DNA from: Catajapyx aquilonaris
Taxonomy: Eukaryota
DNA: 20,000 nt
NCBI GenBank assembly: GCA_000934665.2
Contig: JYFJ02001930.1
Location: 46,532-66,531 of the forward strand
Reading direction: 5' to 3'
Position numbers and translations under genes: made by a program
In this document: positions 1-10,589 of the stretch, piece by piece
How positions within the stretch are numbered: position 1 is the first letter of the stretch
How the letters are laid out: every line of letters starts with the position of its first letter
Notes under the pieces: model-generated
Databases searched by the model: none
Told to the model about the DNA's origin: nothing
What the model saw: only the letters and a program-made list of their open reading frames with translations

Positions 1-23
1 TTCGCGCGCGGGAAAGCCTTGTT
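1..23 (-). repeat. Edge of a probable GC-rich non-autonomous element, cut by the window start
   Basis: TTCGCGCGCGGGAAAGCCTTGTT (AACAAG...GCGCGCGAA on -). It is CpG-rich, unlike the adjacent sequence, and apparently truncates relic 1. Too short to classify. Confidence 0.3.
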
Positions 24-650
24 ACACTCAAATCTCGTCATATTGGATCCACTTGATCCTAATAGTGGCGGTGGTGTCACATGTTCCAATAATCATGTTG
101 TGCCTGCAGCTACAGGGTTTCCCTAACAGGATAATAATGTTTCATGACCGATGGCACTGGTTGGAGTTTATGGTGCATGGTGCATTCAACGCTGATCCAA
201 AATGCCAGACTGTGATCAAGTGAACAGGGCCTACTGGAAAATAAATGTCTTGCTCCTTGTGGGTAATATCATGTAATGAGTTTGCTGATATGGGTTCCAC
301 AATGGTATGGATACTGCTTATCAGCTGATAGGTTCTATCCTGGTTCTACCGAGACAGAAGTGTGGGATCCACAATGTGTCACACAAGACGGCTATTGTTG
401 AAAATGGCTCGTATTAATGTAATTGGTGATATGAAAATAAACCAACCATCGAAAATATTCACAGTAACAGTAGGGAATCATAACGCCACTTTTAGTACCA
501 CACATTATACTATTTAGTGCCTTGTAAATGGTGGTAATGGAAATATGTCACACATGACAGACATCGTGGGAGTATGGGAAGCATTGACACAAGCTAGTAT
601 ACAAGTCATTGATTCAACTTGGCCACAATCTGTCAATCAACCACAGAATT
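24..650 (-). mobile_element. Degenerate L1/Tx1-like ORF2 C-terminal relic 1
   Basis: Minus-strand motifs in expected order across frameshifts: PLPPF/YKAL, RLV*HIVDPTLL, GARHLFSS, ITVWHF, IIILLGKP, NMTRFEC. Confidence 0.6.
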
Positions 651-669
651 AAACAATAATTTAGAACTC

Positions 670-1530
670 TCTGCATTATGCAAGAAGTCCAATATTATTA
701 TCCTACAGACACCCCCTGTCGTGTAATGACTGACAAGGTGAATCCTTCACCACGCTACATCATCGTGCAGATGCAGCTATTGCTCAAATGGCACTTTTTT
801 TATCGACAAGAGTGCTGAGGCTCAGTAATAATTTGCCAGTGCATTCTAATAATCCATTCCTTGGTAACAAGACTCTCTTGTTACCAAGGCATGGATTACA
901 GTGTCATAAATTGTTACAGTATCTATGCGGGTCTACTGCAGCGACATGACCGTGTCGCCTTAAAGGTGCTGTGCTTTAATGCACATGCTAACAGCAGCCA
1001 TTCCATATTCACAAGCGCAATTCACAACGAACTGGCGGGGCTGCAAATTAATGCACGAATGGGCTACCACGTACCAACCGCCTCCTCTTGCATTACAAGT
1101 CATGGTTTGCTTCGATGTGTCCATCACTATCATTGTAGGCTATTGTGGCGCATTTCTAAAGACGGCTTTGACGTGGCTACCGTCGGATTGCATTACTATT
1201 ACCTCATTTAAAAATATAATGGTGGTATCTTGTTACTTACAGTACATTGGTAACTGCTCGTTACACCTTTGGTTTGATAATGCCTAACTGATACGCAAGT
1301 TGCCCCCATTGACAGAATATGCCTGCATCATAGCTATTGTTTTCACAAGATATCAAACATGTCTCCTACCTGCCCGTACCATTATACACGACCACTCAAT
1401 TAGACGCACAATAATGCTACTGGCACATGACTCAATGTGCCTCACAAGGAAGCCGAGAATATCTTTCTATGTCGCATTCATATTTTCACTCCCCAGTCTC
1501 AGCAGTCTGAGTGACACTGCTTGAATATAT
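670..1530 (+). mobile_element. Degenerate L1/Tx1-like ORF2 C-terminal relic 2
   Basis: LKWHFF (~784), RLLWRISKDG (ORF 861), VSCYLQYIGNCSLHLWFD (ORF 979; zf-RVT-like), IMLLAHDSMCLTRKPRI (ORF 1300; AKxxIWxxRN-like). Confidence 0.65.
850..898. repeat. 49-bp near-perfect palindrome (23-bp arms, 3-nt loop)
   Basis: TAATCCATTCCTTGGTAACAAGA-CTC-TCTTGTTACCAAGGCATGGATTA; 22 of 23 positions pair. Confidence 0.9.
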
Positions 1531-1559
1531 TAATATAAATAGTACTGTTACTGGCATGA

Positions 1560-2680
1560 AGCGAACAACAACACTTGCTTTCAGTCAGCCAAAAGGCATC
1601 CCAAGTCCCATTCTCTAACCACCGCAACCGTTTGCATTTATCCCTCCTACCACAACTGCCCTCCCTCAGAAAAATTCTGCGAAGACGTACATGCAGCGCT
1701 ACATGCAACGGCTAAAAGCTCTGAACACAAAAACTCATCTACCATGCTCTACCCAACACGTACCGGGTGTCCCAAAATTTCAACCTAACGCAACCACGAC
1801 ATGCGTCTCACACCGGAAACATTCAACAAATCACCATGACACCGCCAATCTGCACAGTCCTCCACCGCACTGCACTACACCATCAACACCGTACCAGTAC
1901 CTAAGGCACACAGCTCTTGACCGGTGCAAAGGCCACCCCTAAGGGTGTTCAATACAATACCAGTTCCCTCTCTCCACTCTTGTTCCACACTGGGGGTGCA
2001 CAGTGCAGTTGCCAGCCGCCCCACCCAGCACCCCACCCACCGCCCCCTGCACACACACACACACACACTACACCCCACCCCAAAGTTGATCAATACCATT
2101 CAGCAGGCATAGGCCCCTCTCTCGCCGGATCCTAACCTGTCAAACTCCAAGCCCTATGCTTCAAGGACTGGTCCTTTTTCTTGCACATTTTTAGGGTGCG
2201 AAGGGCACCCTCAGCAGCGCCACCTGGATCTAATTCGTTGGACTACCTGGAGGTTGATGCAGGTGGACCAGGTCTGGGTTGTAAGCTACAGAGATGATTT
2301 TGTGTGCTGCTTTATGGCATTATTATAATCGGATCGAGCTATCGAACCGGCCGCATCGGTATCCGACCGGATCTTGTGTTCAGAATTGGATATCCGAGCG
2401 GGATTTCGATCCAGGGGGGGAGCTTGCAGATATTTGCCCCCCGGATTATACGGGCAACAAGCAATGCTCGCGTGCTGTTCTGCTTACATTTTTCCAGGGC
2501 TTTTGGTAATTGCCGGCTACGGTTAATTGGCAAGCGCGAATAGGTAGCGGCTGTACGAGTGGAACACGTGTAGGGCGAATCTATACGGAAGTGTGGGGCG
2601 GTACTTACAGCTATGGCCAATCACGAAGTTGCAAGTTGCTGCGCGATAATTACAATTTTCGTCTATAAATCCTATTAATA
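1560..2680 (+). mobile_element. Degenerate L1/Tx1-like ORF2 C-terminal relic 3 (GC-rich)
   Basis: PFSNHR, KLIYHAL, PLLFHTGGAQCSC, KDWSFFLHIF, FSRAFGNCRLRLIG in expected order. The zinc-knuckle region is disrupted by C-rich and (CA)n sequence. Confidence 0.5.
2050..2068. repeat. (CA)9 microsatellite
   Basis: Read directly from the sequence. Confidence 0.95.
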
Positions 2681-2824
2681 CTTCTTACAGTAGCCTATGT
2701 TCCAAGCAGGTCCTGTTACTTATCACAAATTTTGTTGTTAATTTTACGTACCTTTTTGCGAGGTGCCCAGCAATTACATTGCACCTGGGAATAATTGGGC
2801 ACATCCATTTGGAGCGTACACAAA

Positions 2825-3081
2825 GGGTGGAATTTTCGTCCCACTGCTATAGATCGGTCGCTATACGAAAGCAACCGAGTGGCCAATTTTATTACAGGAA
2901 AGAATACAGTTTGTAATAAAATCCATGCAATAAAATTGGCCACTCGGTTGCGTTCGTATAGCGACCGCCGACCGATCTATAGTTACCGGTACTGCTAACT
3001 ACCATTGCCAAAATGCCAACACTGGTACTGCTAAGTTAGCAGTGGTTAGCAGTAGCTACCAGTGGGACGAAAATTCCAGCC
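2825..3081. mobile_element. Middle MITE-like element
   Basis: Perfect 19-bp inverted repeat TGGAATTTTCGTCCCACTG (2828-2846 / 3060-3078), extendable to GG termini; internal ACTGCTAA / TTAGCAGT subrepeats. Confidence 0.8.
2847..2982. mobile_element. Inner fold-back MITE
   Basis: The ~50-bp arm CTATAGATCGGTCGCTATACGAAAGCAACCGAGTGGCCAATTTTATTACA (2847-2896) pairs with 2926-2982, with 2 mismatches and a 7-nt duplication in the right arm. Confidence 0.85.
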
Positions 3082-3149
3082 AATATAGTAACAAGTTGGG
3101 GCGAAATTTGTGATAACTAATAGAACCGGATACTTGGAACACACTTGGA

Positions 3150-3445
3150 ACGCCTTCATGGTTGGTCGTATAGTGGTTAACGTTTCCTATCCAAAGTAGA
3201 TGCACCGTAGTAGGCCTATAACGTAAATGATACATGTCCTGGTTGATACCAGTGGTATGCCTGCTTCTTGTAAGATAAAGCTGCGGTTAAAAAATACAGA
3301 CTCTTTATAGCTGTAAGAAGGAAATGGTATTATGAGTCATACGACTATTACGTAACATGCAGCTGTAGACGTTTGTGTATCTCTGTTTAGCAGATGTGCA
3401 TCTACAGTTCTGCATAACAAAATATATTATTCGCTTATTGCGTGC
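3150..3445 (+). mobile_element. Degenerate L1/Tx1-like relic 4
   Basis: SWLVV*WLTFP, NDTCPG*, YACFL*DKAAVKKYRLFI, CITKYIIRLLR. Confidence 0.5.
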
Positions 3446-3449
3446 CTTA

Positions 3450-4050
3450 CGATGAATTTCTCCCTAACCCAAAAGACGAATTCATTATTCAACAGAGAGA
3501 GGGGAGGGTCTCCCAGAATTTTAAGCCGCAATGAAGTTTATTAGGTTATGGCCCAGAGCCAACAGCACACCAAAAACCTCGTCATCACTTAGCCAAAAAT
3601 CTGCTGATCACATTCGCAAACATTCGCCATGAAAAACGCCACAAAACACCAATTAACATATCCCCCATGAAAGGCTCTGACGCATATATATTTTTAGACA
3701 CACTCCGCATAACGTGCATTATTTTTCTCTTCATGCGCACATGCTGCAGGTACATACTACCTCTCGTCAATAATCCCGGAGTATACACCGTGCCCTTGAT
3801 TTCCAGGAATGTTATTATAATCACAGTTCCACTCACGCGATTGAATGCGCTCCGGAGACAGGTCAGACGAAGATATTTCCGGTTATTTCTCATCGAATTG
3901 CATCGTGTGACATGTCCCCTTTTTTTTCTTTTATATCCCGCCTTTGCACATTTCCCGCCCATCTCAAAGCGCGCCAAAGCGCAGCTCCCGATGCCAATGC
4001 AGGCGCGCTGCGGAAGTCAATGCGGTCTACTTTAACCCACAAACCCACGC
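3450..4050 (-). mobile_element. Degenerate L1/Tx1-like relic 5
   Basis: CAKAGYK (TKxxY-like), REWNCDYNNIPGN, PAACAHEEK/IMHVM/AEC (zf-RVT-like across frameshifts), QIFG, LLALG. Confidence 0.65.
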
Positions 4051-4054
4051 CAGC

Positions 4055-4800
4055 TCTTAGAATGCCATGGGACATGCAAAATTAGATATTAGGTATTGAA
4101 CTGGTGGATTACATGTAGACATGCATCGGCGGAGAGACAAATGTCCGCCTGATGGTAACCTCCGAATGGGGGGGAGTTCCCGCCTGATTTTAAAGGCGGA
4201 AATTCCGGATGGTCTGACGTAAGGGGGATGCCGATGTAGGGTGAAATCGGAACCGACAAGGAAGCCAAGCTCTAATGTTGACGCTGGATGTAAGGGGGTT
4301 TCCACGCCTTTACTGGGGAAATTGGCTGGAGAGAAATGGGAGTCATTCTCAGCACCATTTTGCACTACTATAGATGGAAAAGTCCAGACACTTTATTTTC
4401 ATCCAGTCGTTTCCAGTTGGTTATTACATTATGTTGACAGTGATCTATGATTTCTTGGTAGTGGGAATGGAATCTGCACAAATGGAATTTTTCCCCCTCC
4501 CATATCATACAACAAAAATGCATGGACAGGAATGCCCTCGAGGGTGGTGAGGATTGTGAATGGAAGGAGAAAGCAGACTGTAATTATGGCGATATCAATG
4601 GTTTCATTGGCTAACAACACCGGATCTTTCTAGTATCTTTGTGCCCTTGAATAAAATCCTGACATCAACTTGAATTGAAGATGCAGGCTATGAAAGGAAT
4701 TAAAAACTAGAAAGGGGGAAAAAAACATTCATGCACACTGATAAGTGCGGTATTTTCAAACGGAAAAGTGCTATAATTTTTCAGTTTTGTGTTTTTATAA
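4055..4800 (+). mobile_element. Degenerate L1/Tx1-like relic 6
   Basis: IRY*TGG, APFCTT then EKSRHFIF (zf-RVT-like), NFSPSHII, MVSLANN. Confidence 0.65.
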
Positions 4801-4950
4801 ACTTAGGGTTAGAGAGTGGGGGGAGGGGGGGGGGTGGAACGGATAGTTTATAGTTTTATTTTTACAAGTTTTAATTTCGTTCATATGTGGGGTTAACTGG
4901 CGTCTCCTTTCATCGCTGACTACACCCCATATAGGGAAATGTCGTGATGG

Positions 4951-5570
4951 TGTTGTTGTTGTTTGTTGTTATAAACTTAAGATGTGGAATTGGAGTTTAG
5001 TTTGTTTAATAATAATTCACCATTTGACCCAAATAAACCAGTGTGGAATTCAGCTTTGCCGTCCCTGTACATCGTTTCCAACTTGAGCGCCTCTGGTAGT
5101 CAAGTGGAAAGCACACTTTTTTGTCCTCTAATCTTCCTTTCCATCAATTTGTTGGTGACAGCTGTATGCTATAGTGCTCACCCCCGCATCCAAAAGTTTG
5201 CACTCCACGAGGGCACAGCATCCATTTGGCCTTCCTGTTTCAACACATCCGGACCCATGCAATATCACCCATCAAGAGTTCCCTTTCGCGATTCACGTGA
5301 TTGATCATCACCATGTTCCTCTCTGAAAAATATTCGCCTCCGACACCCATATGACCTTCCTCATGACGTCGAGCTACCTCTCACGCCAAACCGTCTGCTT
5401 CTTCCGTCGTAATGACTATTTCGCATGTACTCTCACATGCTGACGTAAACATTACGCCACGTACCCGGTATAGATAATTCCCGGAGCTGCTTCCTCCTCG
5501 TTGCCATTATCAGCCTCGACCACAAAACCCAGTCTTTGTTATCGGTAACCGATTGCCCCAGCTCGTCACC
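4951..5570 (-). mobile_element. Degenerate L1/Tx1-like relic 7 with (AAC)n-like tail
   Basis: KDWVLWSRLIMATRRKQLRELS, ACESTCEIVITTEE, terminal LKLETMYRDGKAEFHTGLFGSNGELLLN, stop at 4977-4979, then AAC-rich tail at 4951-4970. Confidence 0.65.
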
Positions 5571-5649
5571 ATGGTGGAAAACGGGGCAATATATATATAA
5601 AAAAGGAGAGAAACATTGGTGAAAAGAAACCTAAAGCAATACAGAATGG

Positions 5650-6320
5650 AAACCGATCAAGGTGAAGAGCAACCTTTCATGGCGTCGCAAAAACGAGCGC
5701 CGCATGTGGTTCAATTCGAATCGATAGAGGCGGCGAGGCACGAAGCGACTATTAGCGTACTATTTTAGCAAAATAGACTGTTGGAGCTCACGGAAACAGT
5801 TCCGCCGGTGCCCTTCACGCGTTGGAAAGGGCAGCTCATTTAGTGCCCATCGTCCTAATGGTTATAATAGAGATGATTGGTCCCCCCAAAAAAATATTTG
5901 AGAGGGTCTCCAGGGTCTTGGACTTATCGAGCTTTATCTTAAAGGGGCCCATTCCTTACACGGGGTATGCGGTATATCTGGGCTTTTAAATAATGCTTGG
6001 CATGCATATGCTGATTCATATAGCAAGGAGTGTAATACTATTCATTTTTGTAGGATAAGTGCAGATTTCTCTTGTCCCAAACCTGTGATACCAGATTCGA
6101 AACGAGGTTGCTTAATTATACGGGGTGGTGCCCTGCCCAATGTCCATAATGCTCAGGTTCTGAATTCAATATGGGGGAAGGGGAAGTTATCCTAGTTGAC
6201 AGAGAAGCAATTTGTTGGAAACAACAATCAGGGATTCCCCTGCGTTTCTTCAAACTGGTCACTAGAATAAACAATCAGGGATTCCCCTGCTTTTCTTCAA
6301 ACTGGTCACTAGAATAAACC
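5650..6320 (+). mobile_element. Degenerate L1/Tx1-like relic 8
   Basis: VLDLSSFILKGPIPYTGY (DLxWxILHGxLPT-like), KECNTIHFCRIS, LIIRGGALP, VLNSIWGKGKLS*LTEK. Confidence 0.65.
6223..6319 (+). repeat. Tandem duplication, 2 x 47 bp
   Basis: AACAATCAGGGATTCCCCTGC(G/T)TTTCTTCAAACTGGTCACTAGAATA at 6223 and 6270, one mismatch. Confidence 0.95.
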
Positions 6321-6449
6321 GAATCTTCCCCTTCTCCCATCTTGCTTAAACTAAGGCGTTGGTCATTGCACAACCCTATAATTATTTGCTCATTATAAAG
6401 TCCAGTTTTTCCCCCTCCTATAGTAGCATAAGACTATAGATCAGACTGA

Positions 6450-7000
6450 CGTATTAATCATATCAGTGATTTGGGCAGAGAGATAGTACTTCTGAACGTG
6501 CACGATTGCCTTTCATAAAATTAGTGCCTGCGTTGGCTCTGAGGTCGCGGCGTGATGAATGAAAACTAATGACTTGGAAATTGATTAATTGGTCCTAGTA
6601 AACTTCCTACTGCTGATGAATGATCCTTCCAATAACCCGTGAAGTGCGAGGGAATTCAAGCATTCTTCCTAATTATTTTTCCGTGTTGACTTCAATACAG
6701 GGGTAAAAATTCAGAGTTGACATAATTTACGTGACTTCATGTAAAGCGCCATAGTGTGAGTGCATGAAAAGCACTATTTATACTGTAATACCTTGGATAC
6801 CACTGTATCCTAGCGCAGTATAACAAGTGGCTTGCAACCTTGACACGGTTTCTCAATACCTTCATTCCGCAAGTCACGCTCTGATGAATTGAAATGAAAC
6901 CCTCGTTACATGATGCCATATTTATTAATGTAATTGATATGCCTAGAGGTGTGTCTCATTACGGAGAAAAAAAATCAATAGATGTTAATATTTCACTCTT
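6450..7000 (-). mobile_element. Degenerate L1/Tx1-like relic 9
   Basis: RHINYINKYGIM, SVTCGMKVLRNRVKVASHLLYCARIQW (ORF 6737; zf-RVT-like), GSFISSRK. Confidence 0.6.
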
Positions 7001-7079
7001 TTTAAATTTGAGCTGTGTGCTCAATCCGACTGGATCCCGAATTCCATCAGTATTATCCGTGTTACTGTAATAATTACTG

Positions 7080-7845
7080 GAGATTTGTAAAATTGGCTAT
7101 CCGCCGTTGACATCTCTCTCAAATCCTTTCAGTCGGAACAAATCCAATATCACACGAGCGGAATTAGCAATTTTGTTTCTAATATGGCGGAGTCCACGCT
7201 TATGACAAAAGTAATCTTGCGCAAGCGTAAATTCACGTTTTGGCTTAGCAGTGTGTATTGCGCAGATATAAAATTACTAGAGTACTGTGGCAAATCATAT
7301 ACACACAAAAAAAGAAAACATTTAGACCCACATTGTGTACATTATGCCTCGTCATGCTTCGCCACACAAATAACTTTGACAAGAAATAGCCCAATTTGCA
7401 ATCAGCAATGTCCTCGACAACAGACAGGGTCACTCGAACAAATGAACCATTATTTTAATGAACGTCAATGTTTTTCTCTCTCGATATTTCAACTTGTGCC
7501 ATTACTGACAGACTGTTTTCTTTTTTGTCCATATCGTCATACGTATTTCAAAATGGATTGAGCACAAGGACTTTCCGAGTCATCACTATTGCAGTTGGAA
7601 GTGAAAGGTGCTTTTTGGCTCGTGGGATCGTTTATCGAAGAGATAATGAGAAAAAAAATATGCTGGATGCCAGTTATACGTACTCCACGTATACAAGTGC
7701 TTGTGAAACGCACATTCAGCCTTCGTCTTTTCCTCAATATCTCATCCTCTCAGCCAAGGTTGCTACGCAATTGCACCTTGCATGCATACCCGTCTGGCGC
7801 TATTCAAACAAAAAGTTTAAATAATAACAATAATAACAATATAAA
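7080..7845 (+). mobile_element. Degenerate L1/Tx1-like relic 10 (best preserved), with AAT/AAC tail
   Basis: ORF 7184: TKVIL, LDPHCVH, QQCPRQQTGSLEQMNHYFNERQC. ORF 7589: VKGAFWLVG, VKRTFSLRLFL. Tail AATAATAACAATAATAACAAT at ~7820-7840. Confidence 0.75.
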
Positions 7846-7859
7846 TCGGTGTTACATGT

Positions 7860-8330
7860 ACACGACGCATGTTAAATTGACTAAATATACCAAAAAAAAG
7901 TTGACAAAAACTTTTGCAGCAAAGTTCACACCTTTCACTACGTTTTGGGAGAATGTTGCTGAAATTAGCTAGTGGCCTTGTACAGTCTGCTTCGTGGTTG
8001 TGCCGTACTTGAATCGTAAATATGGACAAAAAAATGTTAGGTAACGTTGTTACCACACTTTAAAAAAATGCTTGACGTGTAGGTCAAGGATTATAGAACG
8101 GCATTTTGGTTCCACTCCTTAAATTTCAAAACAGTACGCTATCCTGCGTGAAATAAAAATAACCGTATAACGATCCAGTTTCACTACGCAAACACAAACA
8201 AAGAGCAATCTGAGAAAGAGTACGACCCTGACCAAACTCAACTTAGTCTAATTCACTGCAATTTGAGCCCCCAGCCAGCCTGTGGCTGTAGTAATCAGAG
8301 CTGTCATTAGTAAAACTAGAGGAATTCATT
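7860..8330 (+). mobile_element. Probable degenerate L1/Tx1-like relic 11
   Basis: PFTTFWENV and KQRAI*ER at plausible spacing; zinc knuckle barely recognisable. Confidence 0.4.
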
Positions 8331-8349
8331 AGCTTGGGAATTTCCTATT

Positions 8350-9410
8350 CTTGAATCATCGTGATGTGTGGTCGGAGAAAGAAAACATGCCACTTTCTTT
8401 AAGAAAAAGCGAAGCCTTGACCTTGCGTTTGTTTTTTTCCTAATCTAAATGGGGAAAATATGCAAACACTCTTGCTTTCCAAGAGATTGCGAAATTGATT
8501 TATGCAAAATACTTGATGTTGCGATTTACGACCTATGATTCTGCCAATGCATATATATGCAATGGGCAGTAAGTTTATTCCATATTTCCAAACAGTTATA
8601 CAGTATTTTTCTTTGTCATATATACAAGTAGCTCTACGTCCATGACGATGTCAAATATGTACATGTGAAAGTCCCGAAAAACTTACAAAAAACCAGCAGA
8701 TTTACGTATCACATTGAACATAATTATAAAAGCTGTGGAATATTTACATATTAATTTTGGAAAGTCTACTAATAGCATACGGTACATTTTATATTTTCTA
8801 TCATAAGTCTAGCATTTTCTGAAGCAGCAATCGTTCGTCCCTGTGATCGAGTATCTTGTATTGAGTTCTAAGGAGGTCACAAATGCTTCCAATTTTATCG
8901 CATATGAATCCGGTTTAATCCCCTCTTGTTCTCAACAATTCATCCTTGCTCCGAATTTCGATACTGTATACATGCAATTACAGGGTATTTCAAAACAAAG
9001 CGGATTTCCACTCGCATATACATGCTATTGTTGTGGTCCTTGGGCAACTTTACCTTCCAGCACCCTGTAATGCAACGAACATGACATCGCGTTGTATACT
9101 GTCTGGTATGAATTAGGACCTACTATTGTTTTAAAAAGAAGCAAATTAGAAGCACATAACTCTTCTACATGTCTTGTATACACAGTACATTCCGACAATG
9201 GTATAGTAACCTTGTGACTCAAGTTGGGGTCACGCATCTGGCAAGTGTGCTTCTACGATCCATGTTGATCCAAAGGCATGCATGCACCCAAGAGAACTGC
9301 GCCAAGTTCTCTACCACATCTGCCGGAGAAATATTGGGGACATTCCCTCACAAAATATGTCTCAGTGAATATACACTTAGCTTTTCGACAAGATAAGCTT
9401 TTATTTTACA
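8350..9410 (-). mobile_element. Degenerate L1/Tx1-like relic 12 (~1 kb)
   Basis: KIKAYLVEKL, YQTVYNAM, NWKHL, CCFRKC, KYCITVWKYG, WKARVFAYFPHL in expected order. Confidence 0.7.
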
Positions 9411-9599
9411 CAGTAACCCCGCATTAACCTATAAAATTTAAAAAAAATTAATGTGAAGTGTCAGCGTGCAATAATCAAGTGATATGGATAGTTGCCAAAG
9501 CCAAAATTTGATAAGTGACTATAATCACAGGAACGTTACATACTCTAGATCAGTCACACAAATACTCAACTACTGTATATTATTTTACTCAATTAAAAG

Positions 9600-10120
9600 T
9601 GCGCATAGAAAATTAATATCGTCATATCCTGAAAGTAATATTTAAAAACATTTTTTCCTTCCCTGATTGCAGAAGAACTGCTCTCATTGGCTTCAAACGT
9701 CCCATTAATACAGTACAGTACAATACATGAGGCGACGGCAAATGGTTTTTCTTGGCAAAGACTTGATTTACAGATGACCGTGCACACAAGCCATACCAAT
9801 ATTCTTTGACCCTACCCTTTGAACCTGCACATCATTCCAGCCATTAAAAGACCATTTACCTTCATTTATCAATGGACTTAGGCCAGCATTATTTCGCCTT
9901 TTATAAAATACCCTAGAGGTCGAATCGTCACGCATGATTCAAATTTGACATCCTTCGCATGCTGGTCTGCAATGCTGTCTAATCATCAATGGCATATATG
10001 ACATTACAGTTTGGTGACAGAAGATACGGCCATTGAATCGATTCGCGCAACTTGAAACACTGTATATTATGCTCAGTGTGACTCGGAATTATGCAGAGCC
10101 AAACAATGCCATGGCCTACC
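9600..10120 (-). mobile_element. Degenerate L1/Tx1-like relic 13
   Basis: KLRESIQW, ACEGCQI*IMRDDSTSRVFY, VWLVCTVICKSSLCQEK. Confidence 0.55.
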
Positions 10121-10189
10121 TCAATTCATAGAGAATCCTGCTATTCATTAGAGATTCATAGATTCATTAGAGTGAAATATATGGATACC

Positions 10190-10560
10190 TACACCTAGGC
10201 TGGCTGGTATGATGTGGGCTGGGGGCATGGTTGTGTCAGGAATTTCAGGGGAAAGAAAAGGTCACAGATCAAAATGTATCATACAACTATGCTACGTATA
10301 TAATAGATCACAATGAAATATCAGGTAAAGAGGTACTTTGTGAGGCAATCGATACTAATCGACACTGCTTTGATCCAGCAAGTAGGCATTGTTCTCTTCA
10401 GGATGGTCATTAGCTTGTGGTTGTTGAGAGCTGCACTAGCTTTATGTCGCAGTATGTACTTCGAGGTCATGCTGTCAGTTGGATACTCCGTTTCAAAACG
10501 CCTGCTTCCGCAATTAAGATAAAACAGATGACCTGCCGCATGCGGTATGGCACTGGTGTA
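10190..10560 (+). mobile_element. Degenerate L1/Tx1-like relic 14
   Basis: DVGW, KVTDQN, VLCEAIDTNRHCFD (ORF 10231; zf-RVT-like). Confidence 0.6.
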
Positions 10561-10589
10561 CAGTATATCAATAACAGTGCATGAACGTT

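Larger units (their letters stand above)
2698..3141. mobile_element. Outer MITE-like element with imperfect ~35-bp TIRs
   Basis: Left TGTTCCAAGCAGGTCCTGTTACTTATCACAAATTT (2698-2732) matches the reverse complement of 3104-3141, TGTTCCAAGTATCCGGTTCTATTAGTTATCACAAATTT. Confidence 0.7.

Noticed and set aside
280..655. Plus-strand pseudo-ORF (WVPQWYGY..MARINVIGD..) as an endogenous viral capsid
   Set aside because: No recognisable viral motif, and the opposite strand carries ordered L1/Tx1 motifs.
2325..2450. CpG-rich stretch with short palindromes as a separate MITE
   Set aside because: No convincing terminal inverted repeats. It reads as the 3' continuation of relic 3.
3920..3980. E2F-like, GC-box and TATA-like cluster on the minus strand as a promoter
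   Set aside because: It lies within the coding-derived part of relic 5, and no intact downstream gene is visible.
1640..5345. Similar peptides LRRIFLRE (ORF 1499) and RRRIFFRE (minus strand, ~5340)
   Set aside because: The match does not extend, and one is antisense to its relic while the other is sense, so it is likely chance.
6223..6319. Direct repeats as a CRISPR array
   Set aside because: Two adjacent copies with no spacer, a eukaryotic context and no cas genes.
10143..10172. ATTCATTAGAG/ATTCATAG short repeats at a relic junction
   Set aside because: Short slippage-type duplication, not seen at other junctions.
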